A stretch of 64,000 bases of DNA from the NCBI GenBank assembly GCA_904063045.1, contig CAJFCJ010000005.1, forward strand, positions 2,328,588-2,392,587. The letters run 5' to 3'. This stretch comes from Dimorphilus gyrociliatus (taxonomy: Eukaryota > Animalia > Annelida). Positions within the stretch are counted from its first letter, which is position 1, and every line of letters starts with the position of its first letter. Of this stretch, positions 26,605 to 39,143 are shown piece after piece. A model generated the notes under the pieces. The model did no database searches. It worked only from the letters and a program-made list of their open reading frames with translations, and was not told where the DNA came from. The translations under genes and the position numbers were made by a program.

Positions 26605-27609
26605 ATGGCCTCTAGTTTTTCCAATTTCTTTTCGAGGGATAAGGTATCGTATTATAGTGTTCTCTTATCTATTTGTAGTGAATAATAAACAACTTAATAT
26701 TTATTATCGCGTTTAGACATTTAAACAAAAGAAGAAAAATATAATCGAAGGAACACTTCGATATGATCTTCATAAACGAGCCAACGCCTCCCTAAATCAA
26801 GGATTCAACTTAAGATCCGTTGTGAAATTGCCAGACAGCGAAGATCTGAATGATTGGATAGCGGTTCATGTCGTCGATTTCTTTAATCGGATAAACGTTA
26901 TATACGGTATTGTAAATGAATATTGCACACCGGAGACGTGTCCTACAATGTCCGGTGGACAAAAATACGAGTATAAATGGTGTGATGGGGTTAAATATAA
27001 GAAACCGACATCCTTGCCAGCACCAACTTATATCTCCTACTTGATGGACTGGGTAGAATCGCAGATAAATAATGAAAATATTTTTCCTGTTGAAGTTGGT
27101 TAGTAAACAGTTTATAACGTGTTCTATTAAATACACAACATGTAGTATAAAATTACGTTCTATATCTATTAATAAAACATTCTATATTCGAATATTTTTT
27201 TATCTTTATTATGTTTTTTTCTATATTTTTCAACAGGTGTGGCTTTCCCTAAAAATTACAATTCAATCGTTAAGAAAATACTAACAAGACTATTCCGTGT
27301 TTTCGTTCACGTATACATACATCATTTTGATGTTTTAACAGATATGGGAGCGGTATGTATCTTTAAAAAAGTTATCTAGTTTATACTTGGGTAAAACATT
27401 CTTTTTATTCTATTTGTACATTTACCTAAACAGGAACCACATATCAATACTTGCTATAAACATTTTTACTATTTCGTTGCCGAATTCAATTTGGTTGAAA
27501 AGAAAGAACTTGAACCTTTGGTATATATACTTCCTTTATTATCAATACCCATTGAATTTTTGACTTTTATCCTGAACAGAAAGAGTTAACATGCCGAATT
27601 TGTAGTTAA
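26605..27609 (+). CDS. MOB3: MOB kinase activator, MOB3 subfamily
   Basis: DKTF...[40 protein letters not shown] and [13 protein letters not shown]. The [10 protein letters not shown] and SGGxKYEY signature fits MOB3 rather than MOB1. Confidence 0.9.
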
Positions 27610-28057
27610 AATTGGAGAAAAGTGATGGAAAACTTACGAAAAACAAAAGAAAACGAAAATATGAAAGACATTCTGAAATTTACAATCAAATAGATAGAAC
27701 AGGGGATTTAAAAACAAACAAACAAACGCGTAATTGAAATTTGCCAAAACAGAAAAATCATTTCAATATTTCAATAACGGTTCTACAAAATATGAAATTC
27801 TATTTCATATAATTAATTTTATAAGTAAATTGTCGACCAATAGTTGTGTGAACAAGAAACAAGTGTATTTATATATTGATGATGTTTTTCTTGTTTTTTT
27901 TGATAAGCTAAATGTATAAAATTGTATCACTTTCATTACGTTTTGCTATATCTAGTCGGATAAAAAGAAATCAACCGATATTTTTACCTCTTTATTCTCT
28001 TCTTTATCCTCCTCCTTATTCTCTTCCCCTATCTCTTTATCTATAGCCTATATATAA

Positions 28058-28092
<35 letters not shown>

Positions 28093-28421
28093 CTGTATTG
28101 ATATATTTTTAGGTTGAGAGAAATAAAAGAAAGGTGAAAATCTTTTTGTATATATATATATATTTATTTGTATTTTGGCTATGTAAATATTTATATCATT
28201 AATAGGTCTTCTATCAGTTCGAGAATTATTTTTAGAACATTTTATAGCTGTCTAACCACTTTATTTCAATTGAAGGGTAATATAAACACGTGTTATAAAT
28301 TTACTCCGAAACCTTTCTTTTCCAACGTCACTCTTCCCTCTATTAACTTTTAAACAAAGATCGTATCAAGAAGCAAACTACTTCTCTTGCTATTTCCGGT
28401 TTTTGTTTCTTTTTTTTTTTG

Positions 28422-29006
28422 CTAACGTTTGCTCGTACTATTCTTCTTTAGTATAGATATAATGTCGTGGGTTTCTAAAGAAGAGTATAAGACTGACCAT
28501 TACTTTTGATGAATTATCAAACAACAACAACAAGACTTTAATTAATATGTTCTTTTACCTGCACTGAATATTATGACTCCACTAATAGCAACCATAAATA
28601 ACGTCAAAAATAGCCAAAATAGTAATTTTCTTGGATCGATTTTTTCAGCTTTACAGAAAGTTTCATTTGGTCCGTTTAGTAGCGCCTCAATTATATTATC
28701 ATTTGTACCAAAAGGATGAATGAATTTCTTATGTACTTCCCGTCGATCATTAGGTGGTGATGGGTAGTTATATTCGTCCGGAAAATCATATTCTATAACT
28801 TGCCACTGAATTGTTTAGAGGGGGGAAACAGCTTGTTTTTAACCCGTAAAATATAACTAATGCAGATTTAATAATAAACAAACTTGAAATATTGGTTCTT
28901 GTAAGGATGCTTGGTTCAAATTTGCTCCAATACCTGAATCTAAACTTGTAAGTTTTGTCTTATTTACTACGTCTACGTGAGAGTCCTGCTCATTTGCTTC
29001 GTTCAT
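28422..29006 (-). CDS. Orphan single-pass membrane protein, HPFG family, copy B (3 exons; missed by the ORF track)
   Basis: Exons 29006-28884 and 28805-28559, plus a last exon ending at 28422 whose acceptor is uncertain. Encodes WQVIEYD...FIHPFG...EKIDPRKLLFWLFLTLFMVAISGVIIFSA, with the same intron phases (0, 1) as copy A. Confidence 0.75.
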
Positions 29007-29177
29007 GACGCCGTACTGCTGAGAGTGACAGCTGTTGTCGACGCTATTCCATTGGGAATTGCGAGGTTATCAAGTTAATTTTTACTCGACTCTATATATA
29101 GTATGAATTATTCATGCGACGCTCTTTCTACCCGTTAACGCCACTTTCCAATACACACATTCACAATATTTTCGTAT

Positions 29178-29187
29178 GTGACGTCAC
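29178..29187. promoter_or_regulatory. CRE/ATF-type palindrome GTGACGTCAC
   Basis: About 170 nt upstream of the ATG of HPFG gene copy B, with a TATA-like TATATATA in between. Confidence 0.5.
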
Positions 29188-29363
29188 AATAATGTAAAAC
29201 ATTTAGAACTGATAAATAATAATGAATCGAATATACATTGTATAAATTTATGACAATATCGCCGACTATTCTATAAATAGGAATAAGAGAGAAAAGAGCC
29301 GAATATAATTCATTTCGGTTTTATTGAGATAAAGCATTTGAAAGTTAGTTCCAAAATGTGAGT

Positions 29364-29849
29364 CTATTCGGCGAGAAGAAAACTATCAGCTGAAGAAAAT
29401 TCTCTCGGTAAAGAATTTATCCATTCGGAACATTTTTTAAAAACATCCTGTTCGGCTATTCGATCTTGATGAACTAAAATTCTTTTCCGGTTCTTAACTT
29501 TAGCCGGTCCAAGATAACGATTCGTTAACGATTCAGCTGATAGTTGAGGGCTCGAATAGCCTTGAAGGTTTCTAACAACACGATTCCCATATCTATAATC
29601 ATTCAATTCGTTAATTAGATTAGTATTCAATATATACGAAGGTGTTAGAAATCGGTTGGGCGTTGTTATTGAACTATTCGAACCAGAATTGATTTTCGGC
29701 AACTTGTTAGAAAAGCCAATTGTCTCCCTTTTCTTTCTTCCTCGATAAATATCGTTGATCGCTTGTGATTTCACAGGCGTTAAATTGTTATTTCTTAACG
29801 TCGATAATCCCTTGTAAATTCTTCTAGGAGATTTATTACTATTTAACAT
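29364..29849 (-). CDS. Orphan basic protein with C-terminal KCxxWIxSLP motif, copy B (161 aa, intronless)
   Basis: ATG-initiated ORF ending QDVFKKCSEWINSLPREFS; shares LPKI with copy A. Confidence 0.75.
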   Translation of the reverse strand: MLNSNKSPRRIYKGLSTLRNNNLTPVKSQAINDIYRGRKKRETIGFSNKLPKINSGSNSSITTPNRFLTPSYILNTNLINELNDYRYGNRVVRNLQGYSSPQLSAESLTNRYLGPAKVKNRKRILVHQDRIAEQDVFKKCSEWINSLPREFSSADSFLLAE

Positions 29850-32174
29850 TATCTTTATTATAAAATCGATTAAATATTTCCCTTATTTAATTATCTCTAA
29901 TTAACATATCCAATTTCCAAACATAAAAATAACAACAGGCAATAAACATGAAATAGAATAAGCAATATTTCTTTATATCCTGTATATATCTCTTTATTTC
30001 TTGTTGTTTGTTTGGTGTATAAAGTTCGACTGCTAATCCTAAAAGAACTTTCTTGCTTTTTTTTTACCAATTGTCCTTTATTCAACAAAAAAATATGGGA
30101 GGAAGGGGGAGTGGGGCGGAGAGTAGAAAGGAGGGGGGAGGGGGGGGGCAGGTTTTTGAAACGAACAAAAGGTCCACTTATATATATTAATGAATGGTAT
30201 AAAGTGAGTTCGATTCTTCAATGCATATTATAGCTAAATACAATTGTACAGCTATTTAAACATTCATTGATAGAAATTAATTATAATATTTTACGAATAA
30301 CAGGTTGATAATGCAGGATATAGACGTATTAAAAAGAAGTATATTATATATATATTTATACATAAAAAATGTACTAATGTATTCGTATAAACTATGAATT
30401 TACTAATAATAATAATAAGATAAAGTTACTTATGAAATATTTTCTATTTGATTTATAAATCTACTACTTAATCCAATAATCCATGAAGAAAAATTATTCA
30501 ATTCTTTTCATCGAATGATTAGCTATGATTATTAAAACTAATAGTTTTATAGAATATTATTTATTTGATTTGTTTACATAATAACTTGTTCCTGTTTGTT
30601 CATTTATTATATTCTTTTTCATAATTTGCATTAGATGCGATAATCTTTCTTTGCTTTAGGCGTTCTTATCAATTTATGTGTAATTTAGGATAATATATAG
30701 ACATATTAATAATGCTAATTAGTTTTTAATATCGATAATTAATTGGGAGTTAGCTAATCCCTTATTCTCCAATATGGTTAAAGCTTCATTATTATGACTT
30801 ATCGGCAAATAAGAATGATAAATTGAGGCATTACGCTGGAAATCGACCTTGTAGATATAGAGCGAGGTAAAGAAATTGCCTTATTTGTACAGATTTCCCT
30901 CTAAACGAACTTTTTCCTTCGATTCAGATCACGTCCAGTATATAGATTATTGTACAGGAAAGCGGATGACGTCTGGACAATTAGGCGTTGTCCCTGAATT
31001 CTTTTATTCAAGCTTCCCGTTGAGGGGGATTTCTTTTGTTTTCGTCGATACACATCGATTACTTCCGCCTAATGAATTTGATAGAATATAATGCAAATGA
31101 CAAAGTTCAATAGACTAGAATGAGACTAAACTTGATAAACAGCATACATAGTAAAAAAGAAAGATTATCTTAATAGCTCTATAGACAGAAATCATACAAA
31201 AGAACAATAAAAGCATTAGTTAAATAAGAAAGATGGATGAGAGATTTTTCAAATATAGTACAGTCAGTGAAACATTCTTAATAAACTCTCAATAGAGGGA
31301 ATAAATTGTCAGATTATATGAGATAAAAGAGAAACTTTACAACAGTCCTTTAAACAAGATTGTCTCAAACCTTCCCTCCCTCCTCCCCCTGTTTGCATTC
31401 TCGCTTCCCATTAAGACATTCTTTCTTTCATAACCGTGAAATAAATATCTAAAATGATATTTTTCTATTATTTTCTTTACCACTTTATATAATAGGTGCA
31501 TTTCTAATGATATTTGATAAGTCAGTAATAGAAATATGTAAATTAAATTGTTGCCTGGGATACAAAGTGCATTCTAGGTTTAATATGAATTTATCTATAT
31601 ATATATATACAGCATATATACTGTATACATACTGTATATATATTGTATACAATTTTATATAAATTAATTATAAATAAAAATAGCTAATTAAAAAAACAGA
31701 CTGCTTTCAAGGAATAAAAAAATAGCTGTACATGTACAGTATATCTATTTATAGTTACAAATGTATAATATAAGGCTTTGTACAAATACACGTATATTGC
31801 TGTCAGTATTTAATATAATATACTATATAAAAAAATAGCTATTGATTCATATTCCTAAGTGATTTATGTATGATAAGGGTCTTAATTATTTTGAAAACTG
31901 TTGAATAGGATATTAGAGTAAGGGGGTATAATTGTCTTCCGATATTCGCTTATTCATAGTGTATCAGTAACATTAGTGAATAACAGTTACAACGGTCATA
32001 ACAAGATAGTTTTATTAGTCTCCCTCTTGTGGATATTTTTCTCTGTATATTCATTAAATAATAAAGATAGATTATTTTAAATGTTAATGAAGTATCAAAG
32101 ATAACTAACCGCATTAATAGAAAAGAAACAAAATATAAAAAAGTCTATTAGTTTTTAATTGTAGCAGAAGATTT

Positions 32175-34257
32175 CTAAGACGGTTTTGTTGTACATTTCT
32201 TTAATATACCTTGCGCTGTAATTAGTCTTTCTTGTAGGAGATTAATTGTCTAAGATGAAATAAAAATATAAGAATAAACATCAAATTATAAAATAAATAT
32301 GGAAATATTTTATATGAATTATATCAAATATTATATATATAATCATATACATATATACAGTATATATATCTATATATACATTATTCATTATGTCGATTTG
32401 ATTAGCCAATTTTTTTAAAGAGTTAATAGCTTTGCTTTCATTCTGTGGAATTTCATTTGAAAAATGATTAGCTGTAAAAGTCTCATTTCGTCTGATATTC
32501 TGTTAAAAAATAGATTAAAGTTTATAATTAAAAAACTCTTTCAAATTAAAGTATTACATCACTATTTTCTTTTGTAATTCTTACGGGAATTAGTGTACTA
32601 CCGTCATGTTTCTATAATGGAGTAAAAAGGGATTATTAGTATCTTTAAACAAGGAAACACGTTCATCTTACGAAGCGAGTAGTACTACTTGTAGGGTCGT
32701 TTGTTAAAGAAAATCTTTCTTGAGTGAGATTGCTAGGAATAATACTATCTCTGTCCGTATTTCCATCAAAGTTAGTTTTCCAAATAAGAATTTTCTCATC
32801 TGTTCCACTCGTAGCAAAATAACCGCCATTAGGATTAAAAGAAACAGACGTTGTAGGTCCCTTATGGTGCATAATTGCGAATGAGATAATAGCACAATCA
32901 GATTAAGCAAAGAGTACAACACTAGTTTATTTTAGCCTAACCTTATGACCTTGAACGTTAAATAAGACTTTCTCCTTCATTAGGTCTAGAACTTTAAAAG
33001 TTGAATCGTCAGAAGCCGATAATAAATATTTACCAGATATATGGAAAGAAATACTATTAACTGGCCCTGAATGACTTTTAAAGTATTGTAATAATTTATT
33101 TCTCATCCTACAATCCCATATTCTAACTGAACAATCGGCAGATGCGGCCGCAACTAACATTCCACTTGGATGGAAAGCAACGTCGTTAATGTAGCTAATA
33201 AAAAAGTCATTAAGAATTTTGTTAACAAAGAACTGATCAATAAAAATGTGGATAAAGTTGTCTTACTCTGATAAATTGGTTAGTGTTTGAATGCAGTCTC
33301 CATTATCCCGATCCCATAATTTAACTGTTAAATCATCACTTCCGGATACAATCATACGTGCATCAGGTGAAAATCTTTATTCAATTCGAAATGTAAATAC
33401 TAAGGTCTATATATTAAGGGAAGAAAGGAAAATTGAACCTTGCACGTCGTACCCAGTTTCCATGACCTGATAAAGTCAATAATGAGCTATATCTTTCAAC
33501 CGACCAAATCTAAACATTAAGAAAGAAAAACAAGACTTTAAAGTAGAAAAATTAATATTTGTTATTTAATATTTATTTAAGAAATATATGAATGACCTTG
33601 ACTGTCGAATCGTCGGAAGCTGTGCATAGCGTTTGATCCTCCAGTGCAAAGTCAACACTTCGAATTGTAGCACTATGAACTCTGCAGATTTTCGGATCTA
33701 AAGTTCTTCAATTAAAAAGGTATTTCTTAATCTTGCTTTTAAGAATACTAATTCACTATAACATACACATTAGGCAACCATAATCTTAATGTCTTATCCC
33801 TTGACGATGATGCAATTAGACGACCCGAAGGTGAGAATGTAACAGATGTAATTGTATCCTTAAAAGTGATTACATATATTATTTAGCATTCTAAATGAAT
33901 TTAAATGAATACCGTATGGCCAATGTATTTATGAACAGCAGTTTTCAAGCCTAAATTCCAAAGAAATACAGAACAATCCATTCCACCAGATACTGTTTTC
34001 AAATTACTTCAATAATGAAAAAATGACTTTTCTATAACTTAACCAAACTTTTACCTAGTTGTTTCATAAAAGGATGAAAATTAACGGATTGAACTGCCTC
34101 TCTATGCTCTTTATATATTTGTACCAAAGAAGGGTTAGCCTGCGAAATATTGAACCATACAAAAACTAGATTACAATTCAAAAGTTTTACAAGTTTTAGC
34201 ACACTTTTTACATTATTTCAATATAAATAAGCACATTTATATAAAACTGACAACCAT
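32175..34257 (-). CDS. POC1: Centriolar WD40 protein POC1
   Basis: N-terminus [30 protein letters not shown]40 repeats include [23 protein letters not shown] and [29 protein letters not shown]-terminal Poc1 coil [22 protein letters not shown]. Confidence 0.9.
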
Positions 34258-35441
34258 TTCTTCCTTTAAGCTGAGGTCAAAATTTCTAAAACAACCTCCA
34301 AATAGATCGTTTTCTAAGTGAAAAGAAGTAGCACGTGCTTTTCAAAGAGTACTCAATAAAATATCTCAATAACTATATTTTATTTATTTTTCATGTTTTC
34401 TTAACATTCACGAAGAAATAATCTATCTTCATAAGAAATATGTTGTAAATTTGTTATAATTTTAGGTGAAATTTCCAGAAAGTTTTACCTCCAATTATTG
34501 AAATGAAAAATTCGGGCTGAAATCTGATGCATTTATTCAAAGATTATCAAAAGTATTATAATTGATTACTTGATGAAAAAGCAGATTTTGAAATTGCAAC
34601 AAAAAATCTTGGTTAAATGTGAAAGATTATACTTTATACTCCTTCTTCATATTTCCTCTTCCGGTCTTTGAAAAATATCATTTTTGGAGCAAATTTTATA
34701 ATTATTTTATAGATTATAAGCAATTTGTAATGTACATTGAAGGAAACTGTCTAAATGGTAAAGATTAAAGGAAGAAATATCAGTACTTTGAAAATCGTGT
34801 TCTGAATTACGGCCAATGTTTGTGTATTAAGATCTCTTTTCAGATCTTTTTTGTACTTTAAAAAATAAATGTAGAATAAGTAATTCATCTGAATTGCTAT
34901 TTGTTGTTAAAACATTTGCAAAGTTGTAATATATAAAAAATTTGACGCAGTCATATTGTTGTATAAGTTTTTTTCACCAAAACAATAATGGCGGATGAAA
35001 AATGAATTTCTTTGAAAATGCAACACTTTAAAGTAGAATTTTCAAATATTTCAAGAAGATTTAAATACAATATGAACTAAATTATGTATAGTTTGAGAAA
35101 AATCTTGGAATAAGCTTTAATTATGGATTTTATTAATTTTTCACTTGTTCATAAAGACGCTCGAAAAGTTTTTTCAAAAATATTTTCATAATTTTCAAGA
35201 ATTTTTCATTAAAAAATTTTCAATGCTGATTTCATTTTTTTAAAAAGATTTCATTATTTATTCATGTATTACGAAAATGTTTCAATTGAGAAAACAGGAT
35301 ATCCTCTCCAAGAAGTAATAAATTGCTCAACGCGAAAGCCTCTTGGCCATACTTGTTTTGAGAGCAAAACGAAACGTTTCAAAAATCTTTTGAAAACCTT
35401 CTCGTCTTCAAATTTATCATCTACCGATCCTATTCTTAACT

Positions 35442-38400
35442 ATGAACAACAACGAGCAACAGCTTCAATTGCAAAGACAGCAACAAAAATCGCTGTCTTT
35501 CTTGGAAGAGCAATTCTTAATGTCTGAAGAATTGAAAGAAATTAAGGACGCAATTTTCGACTATTTGACAAAAAAAACAATGAGACCCATTTTACTAGCT
35601 GGTCTAAACTTGAGGACGTATTTGGGAAGAATGGGTCGATCGGTAGTAATTGCCGGGCAAAGAACAAGGGCCAAGAAACGCAGAAGTGAAACTGAAAGTA
35701 ACTATTCGAATTCTTATACTGAATATAATAATTATTAATAATATTTGTCCACATAAAGGTGGCGACGGAAATGAAACACCGGAAGGCCTGGATTCTGCCA
35801 GACGAGGTAAGTCAAGTTTGATCCAGAGCCGTATGAAACAAGTATTTGACAATATCCAAGCTCACCGTACGAAAGATACCGAAGGACACAAGAAAAGATC
35901 CGGAGGTTCCGTCGCTGAAGGTAGGTTAGAAATGAGAGACGGAAAAGTAAAACCAGGTTTCCAAGCTGGCAAAGCGTCTTCTGCTGACATAGAGGATCTG
36001 GAGGAAACTGTGACTCTTATCCGGTATAGTTCACCTGAGGATGTTGATGAATTGATTAGACAATCTGGAGGTAAATGACATTCCTATACAATTAAGATGT
36101 AAAACACAGATTGAAACAGGGAGGGCGTCTATTGTAAAACGTGCCAAGACGCATTTTCCACCTCGTAAGATCAAGTCTATCCTGAAAACACGTAAACGTT
36201 GCATATCCAACGATTCGGACGATGATGAACGAGCAATCACATACTCCCAGTCTACTGGGGATGAAAATCGGAGATCACGAGATGCTATGGGTAAGTTAAC
36301 GCGTAACATAACTATCTCCAATAGGTAAATACAATTTTTTTTTCATAGCTGATGACAGTGAAGATGAAGAAGTCTTGGGGGAGAGGGTGGTTTACACGCA
36401 GATGTCTGTACCTAGAAATCCTGACAAATTTATAAACAAAGCGGTTCAGTTGAATGTAGTTGAAGGTAAATATATGAACATATGTGTAAATACAAATTAT
36501 CATGTAAATAATGATTGAATGTTTTTTCAAGCTGCTCCCATGGAGGATCCTCAACTTCATAACTTGGTTTTTACCGAAATTTCTACATCTAAACCATTTG
36601 ATGACTCGTCTAATGCATCACAAGACATCTATACGTCAGAAGGTAGGCGAGAGTTTTAACATTTTGAAGTAGCAAAAAACTGATTGAGCATTTTCTACAG
36701 AATTGCAGACAACCATTCAAGAGAGCACACTGGGATCTGAACAAGTTAGTGAAACTAACAGAGACAGTCAATCTGATGAATCGAAGAGTAATTTGCCAGG
36801 ATGTAAGCTAAACAAGACATTTAAGCAATCAATTACTAATGATTTTTCACATTTAGCTATCATCAATAAACGATCAGAGCCTCAGAAGAAGTTCTGGATG
36901 TGTATGCAACATAACGGTAAGCTAATATTCTACATTCTTTTTATTAGCAATGATTATTCAATATAAATACTATTTTTACAGAGAAAAAAGAGTTCACTTT
37001 GACTTTACCCAAAGTCGTGATAGCATCCAACGATCGAGAGAAACAAAAACACTGGGTAATATCAGCTGATATGATAAAGCCCGGGATAAAGCGAACTGCG
37101 GGCGTTTCGAAAGAAATGTCTTCTCAAATCGAAGAAAAAAGAAGTCGATTTATTTCTTCAGAGGATGCGAAGCTTTTGAACAGACTACAAAGATATCCAG
37201 CATCCGATAATTCTGACAGCTCTGATTATGATTCCGAAAAGGAAACGTATTTGTCGTCCGACGATGATTTCGTTTCAACTGATGATGAAGGACTCGTCAT
37301 ACAGGTAGATGATGATCTGGTTACTGACGAGGAAGAATTTATACCTTTTGGCGCACAGGATCCTGCCACATACGACGACAAGCAAACGTCTCGTGTGGTA
37401 GTTCCACATATTCTCGATGAGAACGACTCTGACATTTTACCTAGGGAATATGTGGAAATGGTAGGATCAGAGCTTTTGACACTTGAGCATGAAAGTGAGG
37501 TGGCAGTGGGTGGTCTTCGGGCTCAATTATCAATTATAACCAACCATCTGCGCCAAGGTAAAAAGACAATTAAAGACCAGCTTAAAACCGACACAAGAAT
37601 AAAGAAAAAAGCTTTAAAGCACCGATGTAGAAGAGCGACAGCTTTGTATGACTTTTTCAAAATGGACGAGAATCGTGCATTTTCCCGAGAACTTGGAAGA
37701 ATGGCAGAAAAGCTGAAGCAGTCATGTGTGCATCATCAACCAGCGTTTGTTAATCTAATAACACCAGAGATAGATATGGAAAACGTTGGTTCATTAAATT
37801 ATACATCCTGGCTTACTCCAATAGAGGAACACCAGTTTCAGTTAAAAGATAAATTAGGGCGGGTTGAAGGCAATGTCAAAGGCTTTTATGCCATATCTGA
37901 AACTGGGAGATTCCTCTCGATTGACAAGAAACTGGTAAATTATACAAAGAAATTTGAAAGTTTATCAGTTGCTTGGAATGGAAAGCTGGCACTATTATCA
38001 ACAGGGAAGACAGACATTGCCAAAATAAGTATTCTAACCGACCATTTCGCGGAATATGAAAATCTTAAAGTCCTTTCCGAAGTGAAAATATGTACCCCAT
38101 TTTTCAGTGTGTTTGAGCACACTATTGCTTTCGTTACGAATGATCAAGTCAGATTCTACTTAAAAAATTCGAAGAACGTTTGGAACTATGAATTGAAAAC
38201 CTTCAAGCCGGAGAACTGCATGGTTATTGATGACAACATGTATTTGGTACAGAATGATAGAATATTGGAAATCAATAGCGAGACGAGAGACACTATGATA
38301 TACGAAAGCGTACTGAGAACTGACACCTTCTCAGTAGAAAAGCTAATTCACTTCGTTCGAAATGGGTTTAGAATACTTACAACTACAGAAAACTTACACG

Positions 38401-38576
38401 TATTTAATCCTGATAAAAAAGATTGTTCCTACTACTTGATGAATTCGACTTTTGAAGATAAAATTTTGCTGAGTTACTACATCACTCAAGCCAGCATCAT
38501 CTTTTGCTTAAGGAGCAAAGATGACTTTAAAGATTTATCTATTCAAAAATTTCCCTTAGAGGAGTCGTATTTCTGA
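35442..38576 (+). CDS. Cluster family member 1: long disordered N-terminus, coiled coil and C-terminal domain, about 907 aa, at least 8 exons
   Basis: Exons 35442-35697, 35759-36070, 36120-36290, 36349-36465, 36532-36642, 36701-36802, 36857-36916 and 36982-38576 join in frame. The last exon has the family motifs GFYAIS, SLSVAWNGKLAL and SIIFCL. Confidence 0.7.
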
Positions 38577-39143
38577 TATGATAAGTTTTCTGTAGATTGT
38601 TTATTTGTACATATTACATTAATACTCTACTTTTTATGAAATTTATGTAGAGAAACACTTGAATAATTGATATATGTATATAAATATATATAGTTTTTTT
38701 GTGTACAGTATGATATTATGTATATTGTTGCATACATGTAAACTTTGATAACTTTATTTCTTGAATACTTTATGATAAATGTAAATTTTACTGTATTTTT
38801 TTCTATATATATATAAATGTAAATATGTACTGAATAAAAAACAAACTTCAACATGAAGGAGTTTGATGAAACATAAAAACTTATTAAAAAACAAGTATCT
38901 AATCGTGTAGTTGATAGATTTTCCCTACCCCATTCGATAAAGCAAATCGTTGATATGTTAAACTAGAGTACTTTCATAATAAAAAGTTGACACTTCTCGA
39001 AAAATATAGCAGCGCAACGTGTAAGTCACTAGATCTGGTCTTCTAGGCGCATTAGCAATTTAAATTTCACTGAGGTAAGTTCAAGTTTATTCTTTATAGG
39101 TCATAAAAGTAATAATTTCATATAGTTAGCTTATTAAGAAAAA

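Noticed and set aside
35264-35527. 87-aa ORF overlapping the start of member 1 in another frame
   Set aside because: No motif and no splice link. It could be an overlapping uORF, but nothing in the sequence supports function.
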